DNA of 64,000 nucleotides from an uncultured Verrucomicrobiae bacterium (GTDB taxonomy: Bacteria; Chlamydiota; Chlamydiia; Chlamydiales; Rhabdochlamydiaceae): assembly GCA_963718565.1 (NCBI GenBank), contig OY970364.1, positions 2,112,001-2,176,000 of the forward strand. Direction: 5' to 3'. Positions 51,614-64,000 of the stretch are shown one piece after another; the stretch's first letter is position 1; the number at the start of each line of letters is the position of its first letter. The position numbers and the translations under genes were made by a program. Under the pieces are notes generated by a model that was not told the DNA's origin, searched no databases, and saw nothing but the letters and a program-made list of their open reading frames with translations.

Positions 51614-52900
51614 ATGGAGATCGTCAGCTGGAAATGTTTGCTGATCCTACTCGTCTTTTTCATGGGATACGCCGCCATTATTTTAGAGCACTACGTCAAA
51701 GTCAATAAATCCGCTGTGGCGTTATTGATCGCTGTGATTTGTTGGGCGATTCATCTTGCTTGTAGCGCTACCCCAGTCAATGAAGATTTGCAAAATCTTG
51801 GACACCATGTCTCCGATGTTTCTCAAATCATCTTTTTTTTGATGGGCGCCATGGCCCTTGTGGAGCTCGTGGACTCCCACGGTGGTTTCAAAGTCATCAC
51901 CGATCGGATCAAAACAAAATCGATGCGAAAAATGTTGTGGATCATCGCTTTTGTCACTTTTTTTCTGTCAGCCATTCTCGATAATTTAACGACGACGATC
52001 CTGATGGTTTCACTGTTGCGCAAACTCGTCCCAGAACGCTCGGAGCGATTTTTACTGTGTTGCATTGTCGTGATTGCCGCCAATGCCGGCGGCGCCTGGA
52101 CCCCGATTGGCGATGTCACGACAACGATGTTGTGGATTAATGGACAATTGAGCAGCACCGGTGTGATGAAATCCCTGTTGCTGCCATCGCTGATTTCTCT
52201 GCTTTTGCCTCTCATTTGGTATACCTACCGCACGAAAGGAAGGCTTTCCCAGCATCCATCGATCAGAAAAGCAGAGGCCATTCCCCATGCAAGGCCTATT
52301 TTTTATTTGGGAGTTGGCGGTCTGGTTTTTGTTCCCATTTTTAAAGCCATCACCGGGTTGCCCCCATTCATGGGAGTCATTTTGTCGCTTTCCGTGCTAT
52401 GGATCATCACTGACATCCTGCATTATCCGCATCAAGAACGCGAGTATTTGCGCGTCCCTCACATTCTGACACGCATCGATACCTCAGGAGTCTTGTTTTT
52501 TTTGGGTATTTTGCTATGCGTCGACGCGCTTCAGGCAGCTGGCTTTCTCAAAATTTTGGCCGACTGGCTAGATGCAACTTTTAAAAGCCTAGCGGTCATA
52601 GCGACCTTGATCGGCTTCATTTCTGCGATCATCGACAACGTCCCGTTGGTTGCTGCTACGATGGGCATGTATTCTCTTCAAACACACCCCATAGATTCCT
52701 CTCTATGGCATATGATCGCTTATGCTGCTGGGACGGGAGGCAGCATGTTGATTATTGGTTCTGCAGCCGGCGTCGCCTTGATGGGGATGGAGAAGATCGA
52801 TTTCATCTCTTATGCAAAGAAAGCCGCAATTCCTGTAGCGCTTGGCTATCTAGCAGGCATGGGAGTTTACCTCCTTCTAAAGCCTTTTTTAGGGGTGTGA
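51614..52900 (+). CDS. nhaD: NhaD-family Na+/H+ antiporter
   Basis: LSAILDNLTTTI, ANAGGAWTPIGDVTT, IDNVPLVAA, GSAAGV. Confidence 0.92.
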   Translation: MEIVSWKCLLILLVFFMGYAAIILEHYVKVNKSAVALLIAVICWAIHLACSATPVNEDLQNLGHHVSDVSQIIFFLMGAMALVELVDSHGGFKVITDRIKTKSMRKMLWIIAFVTFFLSAILDNLTTTILMVSLLRKLVPERSERFLLCCIVVIAANAGGAWTPIGDVTTTMLWINGQLSSTGVMKSLLLPSLISLLLPLIWYTYRTKGRLSQHPSIRKAEAIPHARPIFYLGVGGLVFVPIFKAITGLPPFMGVILSLSVLWIITDILHYPHQEREYLRVPHILTRIDTSGVLFFLGILLCVDALQAAGFLKILADWLDATFKSLAVIATLIGFISAIIDNVPLVAATMGMYSLQTHPIDSSLWHMIAYAAGTGGSMLIIGSAAGVALMGMEKIDFISYAKKAAIPVALGYLAGMGVYLLLKPFLGV

Positions 52901-53069
52901 CTAAAACCTGTACCCAATGAAAAAATGCTGCGAAGACTAATCTGCTTTCGTTGCCCTGCTTCGACAACCCCATTCGGTTGCCTGCATCGGGTACCCGCCT
53001 TCGGCGGCGCCTTGCATCTTAACCTTCTCGCTATTTTTTCATAATGAATACAGATTTTAGTCACACCCC
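52892..53069. mobile_element. Family D miniature IR element supplying the nhaD stop codon
   Basis: GGGGTGTGACTAAAACCTGTA...TACAGATTTTAGTCACACCCC. Confidence 0.85.
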
Positions 53070-53373
53070 TTTTTAGCATGAAAATCATCGTGGAAAAAAT
53101 GTTTTAATTTAAATTTCTGAAAAAATTTTCGGAAACCATTTGCTGAAAATTCAGCGGTTTATGTATGTTCTATGCTTTCCTTCTGTGAAAAGTCGGAAGA
53201 CTCACGCAAAAGGAATAGAATCAACGAGATTGGTTCAAGTCTTTCTTAACATCAGAAATGAAGTGACGTGCAAGCAAAATAGAGCTTGTGCGGATAAGTG
53301 AGTATAATAACTCAGCTTATTTGCCTGTAAATTTTTTATATTTTTCAAAGGCAAATTGCTTAAAGAACTAATA

Positions 53374-54931
<1,558 letters not shown>

Positions 54932-55270
54932 AAAGGACAAACTACTCACAGTAGTCCTTAAGGTTGAGACAAGCTTTATTTTGCCCACGTCACTTCTTTT
55001 CTGCTGTTAAGACACAGAAAATCACTAGTCAGTCGACTAGTTTAGCTATCTTGAAAGTCGAATAGAGTCAAAAAGAAAATAATCTCAAATAAAATAAAGC
55101 GACCAATAACAAGATAAGTGTGTAACAACACGGAAGTCTTAAAATGTGGTAAATCAGTAGAGACACTACTGAAACAATTCACTGATGAAAATTGGCGCTT
55201 GAGAACAAAAATTGTTTTAAGAACATTGGCGAAAAATTGAATACTTATTAACAGCATAAAAGTTTTATGT

Positions 55271-58218
<2,948 letters not shown>

Positions 58219-58375
58219 CTTTATTTTTCATCAATGGCATAGTCCCTTAGAATATTAGGAGCAAGTCATTGATGGCGCTGTTAAACGCCAATGAAACTTA
58301 AAACATATGAGAAGCTCTCAAGCGTCAATTTTCATAAGTGAGAAAGTTCTTTAAGACTCATTCGACAAATTTCGT

Positions 58376-58490
58376 CTTGGTGGCAATAGAGAAGGGGAAA
58401 TACCTGATCCCATCCCGAACTCAGAAGTCAAGCCCTTCATCGCCGATGGTACTGTACACAAGAGTATGGGAGAGTAGGTCGCCGCCAAGT
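58376..58490 (+). rRNA. rrf: 5S rRNA
   Basis: CTTGGTGGC...GATCCCATCCCGAAC...GCCGCCAAG. Confidence 0.95.
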
Positions 58491-58500
58491 TTTTCTTCAC

Positions 58501-58533
58501 GCCCCAGTAGCGAAAGTTCCTGGGGCTTTTTTT
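58501..58533 (+). terminator. Rho-independent terminator of the rrn operon
   Basis: GCCCCAG...CTGGGGC followed by a T run. Confidence 0.8.
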
Positions 58534-58538
58534 ATGTT

Positions 58539-60263
58539 TTATTTGATCAAGTTATTTGAGTAATCGGACCATTTGAGTATAATCGTGTTGAGACGATTCT
58601 TTGTATCCTTGATAGAATCTGAATCGTTCTCGCGAATCTTTAAAAAATATGGATCTTCTAGTGTCTTCTCTGTGTTTGTATCATTAACATTATCATTTTT
58701 AACGGATAAGTCAGTGTCTTTTGAGTTTTCTAAGTTATTAGGAGCAACGATGCCCTCAAGCACTGCTAATTCCCAATTACCAGTATTGTTGTTTTTTGAG
58801 AGTTCTAATTTGAATGATGCTTCAAATGGAGGTTTTTTTCTTTGACCTTCCTCATAGAACATGTTCAATGTAATCTCTGCTTGGTAATCAAGCGTAATTT
58901 TTCCTTTAGTCTCTGTTATTAAGAGATTTTTAATATCTATCTCACATGCAATGTTAGACGGGATCGTGGCCCTATTTTCGTCAGGTTTAGAAGCACAAAA
59001 CTCAAGTTGATGGTCATAGCTAGACGGGATCGTGGCCCTATTTTCGTCAGGTTTAGAAGCACAAAACTCAAGTTGATGGTCATAGCTAGACGGGATCGTG
59101 GCCCTATTTTCGTCAGGTTTAGAAGCACAAAACTCAAGTTGATAGTTATATAACAATGTAAAGGCATCTGCTAATGCGTTTTGTGGAGTTTGAGTGAGAA
59201 GTATTTGAAGGATGTTGTAAAGTTTCTTGTCCTTTCCCGATATTAAATCCAAAAGCTCTTCCATTGGGTGTTTTTTTGTTTTTTGCATGTTATTCAAGGC
59301 GGACTTAACTTCGATCGTTACTTCGTTGTTATTTTCAAAAATAGTTGTATCAGCTTCCTTAATTGTGACAATTTTTTCAACCTTACCATCTTTTTTATAT
59401 TCAATACGCGGGGTTCTTTCCTCATCTTTTTTAAATATATCTTTTGCCATGATAGGGTCATTCAAAGATTTGCGCATTTGAAGTTCTAGCTCAAATCGCC
59501 ATCTCCACATTACATCCTTTGTAGGGGGCGTAGCGGTATAATCTTGAGAATTTGATGTTTCTAACTCTTTCTCATACTTTTCTTTATGTTCTTTATCGAA
59601 TTTGTTTAGTTTTTCATCGCCTAACTTTTTTGACTTTTTTTGACTGCCTTCGTTTTTGATATTATTTAAATAACTAAATTTTCTTTTTTTAAACATTTCA
59701 AGATCGAGAGAGCGAATTCTTTTCCATTTTTCATAATGCGTTTCACCTGGTGTGCTCAAATAATCGTATATTTCAGGGAGTAACATGTCTTCAAGTTTTT
59801 TATCCCTCCTTAATCCTTCCAAAAATTTTATTAACAAAGAACTATTTTTAAAATATCTTTTTTTTATTGCTAAGTATCTTTCTTTTACTTCTGTTTTAAC
59901 GACTGGTTCGCTAAGTATTATTTCTTTATTAATTATTTCAATTCTTTTTTCTGCTAGTTTATTGTTAACATCTTGTTTTGCAATTTTCTTCAAAAAAAAG
60001 AGACCAACTGGTAGTGAGATTGGAAATAATAAAACAGTTGCGATGACAACGAGGGACTTTGCGAATTTTACGCGCTCTGAGCCATCGTAAAATAGATAAT
60101 CCATGGTTCTTTTAAAGAGATATCCCATTCTCTTAAAGACTTCGTTACCCTTAGCGTCCAAAAAGGTGTATTTTTTGCGAATATCGAAATCTTCGGGTAA
60201 TTGATAGGGCTCACAAGGATTGTCGTGATAAGGATTTTTGCGAGTTTTTGAAGTTACTGACAT
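58539..60263 (-). CDS. AT-rich orphan protein with an N-terminal hydrophobic segment and a 22-aa tandem repeat
   Basis: 574-aa ORF; SLVVIATVLLFPISLPVGLFFL; K/E-rich. Confidence 0.75.
   Translation of the reverse strand: MSVTSKTRKNPYHDNPCEPYQLPEDFDIRKKYTFLDAKGNEVFKRMGYLFKRTMDYLFYDGSERVKFAKSLVVIATVLLFPISLPVGLFFLKKIAKQDVNNKLAEKRIEIINKEIILSEPVVKTEVKERYLAIKKRYFKNSSLLIKFLEGLRRDKKLEDMLLPEIYDYLSTPGETHYEKWKRIRSLDLEMFKKRKFSYLNNIKNEGSQKKSKKLGDEKLNKFDKEHKEKYEKELETSNSQDYTATPPTKDVMWRWRFELELQMRKSLNDPIMAKDIFKKDEERTPRIEYKKDGKVEKIVTIKEADTTIFENNNEVTIEVKSALNNMQKTKKHPMEELLDLISGKDKKLYNILQILLTQTPQNALADAFTLLYNYQLEFCASKPDENRATIPSSYDHQLEFCASKPDENRATIPSSYDHQLEFCASKPDENRATIPSNIACEIDIKNLLITETKGKITLDYQAEITLNMFYEEGQRKKPPFEASFKLELSKNNNTGNWELAVLEGIVAPNNLENSKDTDLSVKNDNVNDTNTEKTLEDPYFLKIRENDSDSIKDTKNRLNTIILKWSDYSNNLIK
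58955..59143. repeat. 66-bp tandem repeat, ~2.9 copies
   Basis: Units start at 58955, 59021 and 59087; encode QLEFCASKPDENRATIPSSYDH. Confidence 0.95.
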
Positions 60264-60737
60264 GAGACTCTTCTTTGTTAAATTTTATTAATATGTTTTA
60301 TATAAGTGTGGGTTTATTTTTACATCAAAATCTTTTTTTTTTTAAGACTGAGAGTGTCATCACACGATCTAAATGATTTAACGGTATCCGTTAAATCATT
60401 TCCTTTAAACGACCATGTTATTAAACGATTAATTAAACCAATCGCCATAATTACCTTTTTAATTTTGCTTATTAACTAACAATTTAACTCTTTCTAATTA
60501 CCATTATAATATATATTTATAAAAATACACATAGAAATTACTTAATTATGTATATTTTTAGTTAAGAAGCTAATTCATTGAAAAGCAATGACAAGGGATG
60601 AAAATTTGTGGAAAATTAGGATGATGTCCAACTCTCTAAATATCAGAGATTTAAGAAAGAGTTCTTTTGATATTCTAAATAGGACGTTCTAAGTAAAGGT
60701 GGGATAGTCGCTTAGGTCGAAAGTGGATCTTGATAGG

Positions 60738-60765
60738 AAAGCCAAGAAGCGAACCTCTTGGCTTT
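60738..60765 (-). terminator. Putative terminator downstream of the RRM gene
   Basis: AAAGCCAAGA-loop-TCTTGGCTTT. Confidence 0.55.
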
Positions 60766-60782
60766 GAGAGCATTAGAAAATA

Positions 60783-61136
60783 TTAATGTTCACGACGGGA
60801 ACGGAAAGGACGATCTCCTCCACGGAAACCACCGCGATCCTCTCTTCCTCCACCACCACTGCGCGCAGTACGTGGTTGTTCTGGACGTGCGTCGTTGACG
60901 ATTAAAGTGCGTCCATTGAGAGCTTTTCCATTTAATCCTTCGACAGCTTTTCTAGCATCATCAGCATTTTCCATCTCAACAAAGCCGAAGCCTTTAGACA
61001 TGCCGGTGAATTTATCAGTCACGATCCGTACGGAAGCGATCGGACCAAAGGCGGAAAACAGTTCGTGGAGCTCTTCTTCAGTTGTGCTGAAGGGGAGGCT
61101 GCCCACATACAGTTTTTTATTCATTGCTTGATTCAT
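60783..61136 (-). CDS. RRM RNA-binding protein
   Basis: KLYVGSL (RNP2), KGFGFVEM (RNP1), Gly/Arg tail. Confidence 0.94.
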   Translation of the reverse strand: MNQAMNKKLYVGSLPFSTTEEELHELFSAFGPIASVRIVTDKFTGMSKGFGFVEMENADDARKAVEGLNGKALNGRTLIVNDARPEQPRTARSGGGGREDRGGFRGGDRPFRSRREH

Positions 61137-61450
61137 AATTCTCCAAAAAATATATACCTTAGCTCACTGATTATCAGGGGATTGTATTAGAATGTTTTCC
61201 ACAACTCCTAGATTAGGAGCTAAGTCTTTAGTTACCAATATTTAACGTTGACTCGGGATCTGATCACCACCGGAAGAAAAACTGCGCGTTGGGACAAAAA
61301 CACGGGATCAACTAACAATTCAAGCTAAGGTCAGATCAGCGACATGCCGATTAAACTTTAACTTACATCTAAGTTATCAGATGAGGGAATGGATGTCCAT
61401 CAAAAATGCTTCGTTTTCAAAAATGGTTAAAAAGATTATCACTGTTTTTA

Positions 61451-61599
61451 GAGGGAATTGCAAAACTCCTCGCCGCAGAAGATCGATGATTTTGGCACCT
61501 GTTGCCAGAGCAAGGCGAGCGAGAAGGATCGATTTGGCAAGGATCGATGTGGCAAAGTCGCAGGCTGTCAAAATTCACCAAACCTAACCGCGCGCCGTA
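61451..61599. mobile_element. Chimeric repeat: family A end (61451..61509) fused to family C (61512..61599)
   Basis: GAGGGAATTGCAAAACTCCTCGCC...GGCACCTGTTGCCAGA followed by sequence shared with 32767..32839. Confidence 0.82.
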
Positions 61600-61640
61600 G
61601 AGATGGACTTTTGGGCTTTGCGAGAGTGGGGATCTCTGGT

Positions 61641-62513
61641 TTATGGGCGGTTAACGAGTAGATATCTCGGGATGTTGAGCAGCGGCCACTCTGCGCTATG
61701 AGTATAGTTGCGGAAAAGCTCCATGATATTTTGAGTTCTAGGGCCAGGTTTGCCATTTCCAATTTTTAGAGTGTCAATCTGCACAACAGGCATCACTTCT
61801 CGATTGCTCGAAGTGATAAAGGCTTCTTCCATTTCTGAGATCTCCTCGTAGCATAAGGCTTGTTCTTTGATTGTGAAATGGGGGGCGGCAAGTTTCAGAA
61901 CAACCTCACGTGTGATGCCGAAGAGCACTTCATCGGAAGAGCAAGTGTAAAGGATTCCATTTTTAAAAGCGAAAAAGTTGCTGGTTGTTGCCTCTAGAAT
62001 GTTATTATGTGCATTGAGATAAAGAACTTCTTGGGCGTTTTCGGCTCTGCCGCGCTGCATGGCAACGATGGCAGGAGCATATTGAGTTGTTTTGCTTGTC
62101 GGCAAACTGCGATTCAACCGGGTCGTGATGACTTTGATGCCTTCTATAAAAAAATGCTGAGAAAAAGGGGAAAAGGGATAGGCAAAGAGGATCAAATTAC
62201 TCTGGGGATGCGGTGTAAATTGATCTGGACTTACTCCACCCGTGATGAGCAGCTTGATGCTGGCTTCAGGAAAGCGATTCAGTGTGAGCACTTGATGGAC
62301 GATGTCTTGAATTTCGCTTAAAGAATGCGGCAAGGTCAGACCAATATGTTCGGCAGAATATTTCAAGCGCAATAAATGATCCCACAAGTGAAAAGGACGG
62401 CCTTGGTAGGTCCGCAAATAATCGAAAACACTAAACCCTCTTAAGACGGCAAGATCAAGGATGGAGATTTTGGCATCTTCTTCTTTAACATACTGTCCGC
62501 TGATATAGTACAT
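61641..62513 (-). CDS. Class IV aminotransferase (D-amino-acid/branched-chain type)
   Basis: RGFSVFDYLR, SKTTQY (PLP Lys), EATTSNFF, GITR. Confidence 0.88.
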   Translation of the reverse strand: MYYISGQYVKEEDAKISILDLAVLRGFSVFDYLRTYQGRPFHLWDHLLRLKYSAEHIGLTLPHSLSEIQDIVHQVLTLNRFPEASIKLLITGGVSPDQFTPHPQSNLILFAYPFSPFSQHFFIEGIKVITTRLNRSLPTSKTTQYAPAIVAMQRGRAENAQEVLYLNAHNNILEATTSNFFAFKNGILYTCSSDEVLFGITREVVLKLAAPHFTIKEQALCYEEISEMEEAFITSSNREVMPVVQIDTLKIGNGKPGPRTQNIMELFRNYTHSAEWPLLNIPRYLLVNRP

Positions 62514-62704
62514 GGCTAATTGTCCTTAGGAGTGCAGGTTTTAATCACACTCCATTTTCCACAAGCAATCGCATATTTTCAACTTTTCCTGTACGCAAAA
62601 ATATTACTGATACGTCGTCATAGACAGACTTAAATAACCTGACCTGGCTGGGCTTAAGACTTTCAAGTATTTGCTTGTGCCCTGTCAGACCAGGAGCTTT
62701 TCCC

Positions 62705-62835
62705 GTACGTCCTCAAAAACCTATGGCAAGCACTGAATGTCATTTGGATCCATGCCAGGCTTTGCATTTATCGATCTCAATCAGGCATGGATCCAAATGA
62801 CATTCAGTGCTTGCCACAGGTCTCCGAGGAAGTAT
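62705..62835. mobile_element. Family E palindromic element
   Basis: Perfect 33-bp IR TGGCAAGCACTGAATGTCATTTGGATCCATGCC; outer GTACGTCCT-type end. Confidence 0.78.
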
Positions 62836-62953
62836 GAATTGAGCGACTTGTAAAGCCAGAACAAAACGCCCAGACCCATTAATAAAGCTTTCGCTTGATA
62901 ACAGAGCGCCCTATATTTAGACTGCTCTGGTTCCACAGAAAGTACAACAGGAA

Positions 62954-63573
62954 GTGCGCATTGTAGCCACAGGAATCCCAAAAGGATCTCGCTTTAAGGG
63001 CTACCAGACCTATGTCGTTCAAGAACTAGAGACTGCGCCTAAGGACATAACCTATAAGCTCGAGGTCTGGCAATCTCCCGATGGTAGTATAGTGCGTGCA
63101 TCAACACAAAAATGTATATTGCACGCATATAGGAGGTGAGTATTTTGCTTATTACACAACAGCCTCAGCAAATCACGGGAAAACTTCCTGAGAATTTTAC
63201 TCCAAGGTAAAGAGGGTTATGCGATCAATGAAGCATTCATATGGCATCTCTTCCAATGTGGCGTTAAGGATGATTGCCTCAACCGGCTTGAAGAACATAT
63301 GGGGAAAAAGTACCGAAAAAAGAAGGGGCTTAACCAACTGCTGAATATGAGCAAGATATCCGAGGTGTGGCTAAACGAAGAAATATCTCTGGCACTACCA
63401 AAAGCGTAGAGGGCAGACAATTTCGAGACGGCCTATTGACGCTCAAGCAGACATGCGCCAGACTTGGCGTGAGCTTTTGGGAGTATTTGAGTCGGTGGTT
63501 TCGAGGGGATCCGATCGATTTAGCACAATTTGTTCATGAGCGTTATCAAACAGCCTCTCCGGCCACACCTTGA
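62954..63573 (+). pseudogene. IS66-like transposase remnant
   Basis: GSRFKGYQTYVVQEL...WQSPDG and ISGTTKS..G...TLKQTCARLGVSFWEYL fragments; broken frames. Confidence 0.7.
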
Positions 63574-63589
63574 CTGGTAGCACGTACAT

Positions 63590-63719
63590 TAACTTCCTTG
63601 AAGACTCTGGCAAAAGTTGAAGACCATTTCGATCCGTGCCAAATCAAGATCGATAAGTGGTAAGTTTGGCATGGATCAAAATGGTCTTCAACTTTTGCCA
63701 TGAGTTTTTAAGGACGTAC
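63590..63719. mobile_element. Family E palindromic element
   Basis: TGGCAAAAGTTGAAGACCATTT...AAATGGTCTTCAACTTTTGCCA; ends AGGACGTAC. Confidence 0.78.
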
Positions 63720-64000
63720 CTTTTCCCTGGTCTCTTTATTTATGATAGTGCTATATTCTCGACATCAATTACATAATATAGTAAGAGAACATCAACAATA
63801 TTTATTGGATCAGTGGAATGAGTACTTCGCATAAAACAGATGAAAGGGTAGAAGCTGTGTACTTACTAGGGATTCATTAGTCGTCGATTTAACAGATGGC
63901 AGATCTATCTCTGTCCCCTTAAGCTGGTATCCAATCCGGTATATCCCCACCTCCGAACTCATTAGACACTATAATTATCGAAATTATCGAAGATGGACCT

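Noticed and set aside
58955..59143. Possible CRISPR array
   Set aside because: Contiguous identical 66-bp units without spacers, in frame within a CDS; no cas genes in the window.

Overview
Chromosomal window of an environmental member of the Chlamydiae. The 16S rRNA has the chlamydial-type 5' signature (GCGTGGATGAGGCATGCAA), and the backbone has chlamydia-like gene order: fusA-rpsG-rpsL/tsp; obgE-rpmA-rplU with a metal ABC transporter; nrdR-dksA-lspA, RNA methyltransferases, lpxK-E2-kdsD; and one rrn operon. Accessory material comprises a ~8.5 kb integrase island at tRNA-Phe (HigB/HigA-IrrE pair plus an IS630/ISAs1/MITE pile-up inside one XRE gene), a class I terpene synthase, tandem F-box/WD40 genes, a collagen-like gene, a NADAR gene and low-GC orphan ORFs. 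The most striking signal is a family of non-autonomous palindromic elements ('family A', termini GAGGGAATTGCAAAACT...AGTTTTGCAATTCCCTC) with 14 copies or fragments. Eight have perfect 4-bp target-site duplications (TSDs). They range from 258 bp down to a 20-bp collapsed palindrome. One adds 62 in-frame codons to an RluA-family pseudouridine synthase, another adds 8 codons to a second gene, and several supply new C-termini or stop codons. At least four other miniature inverted-repeat families are also present. Frameshifts in fusA and the collagen-like gene may be assembly errors.
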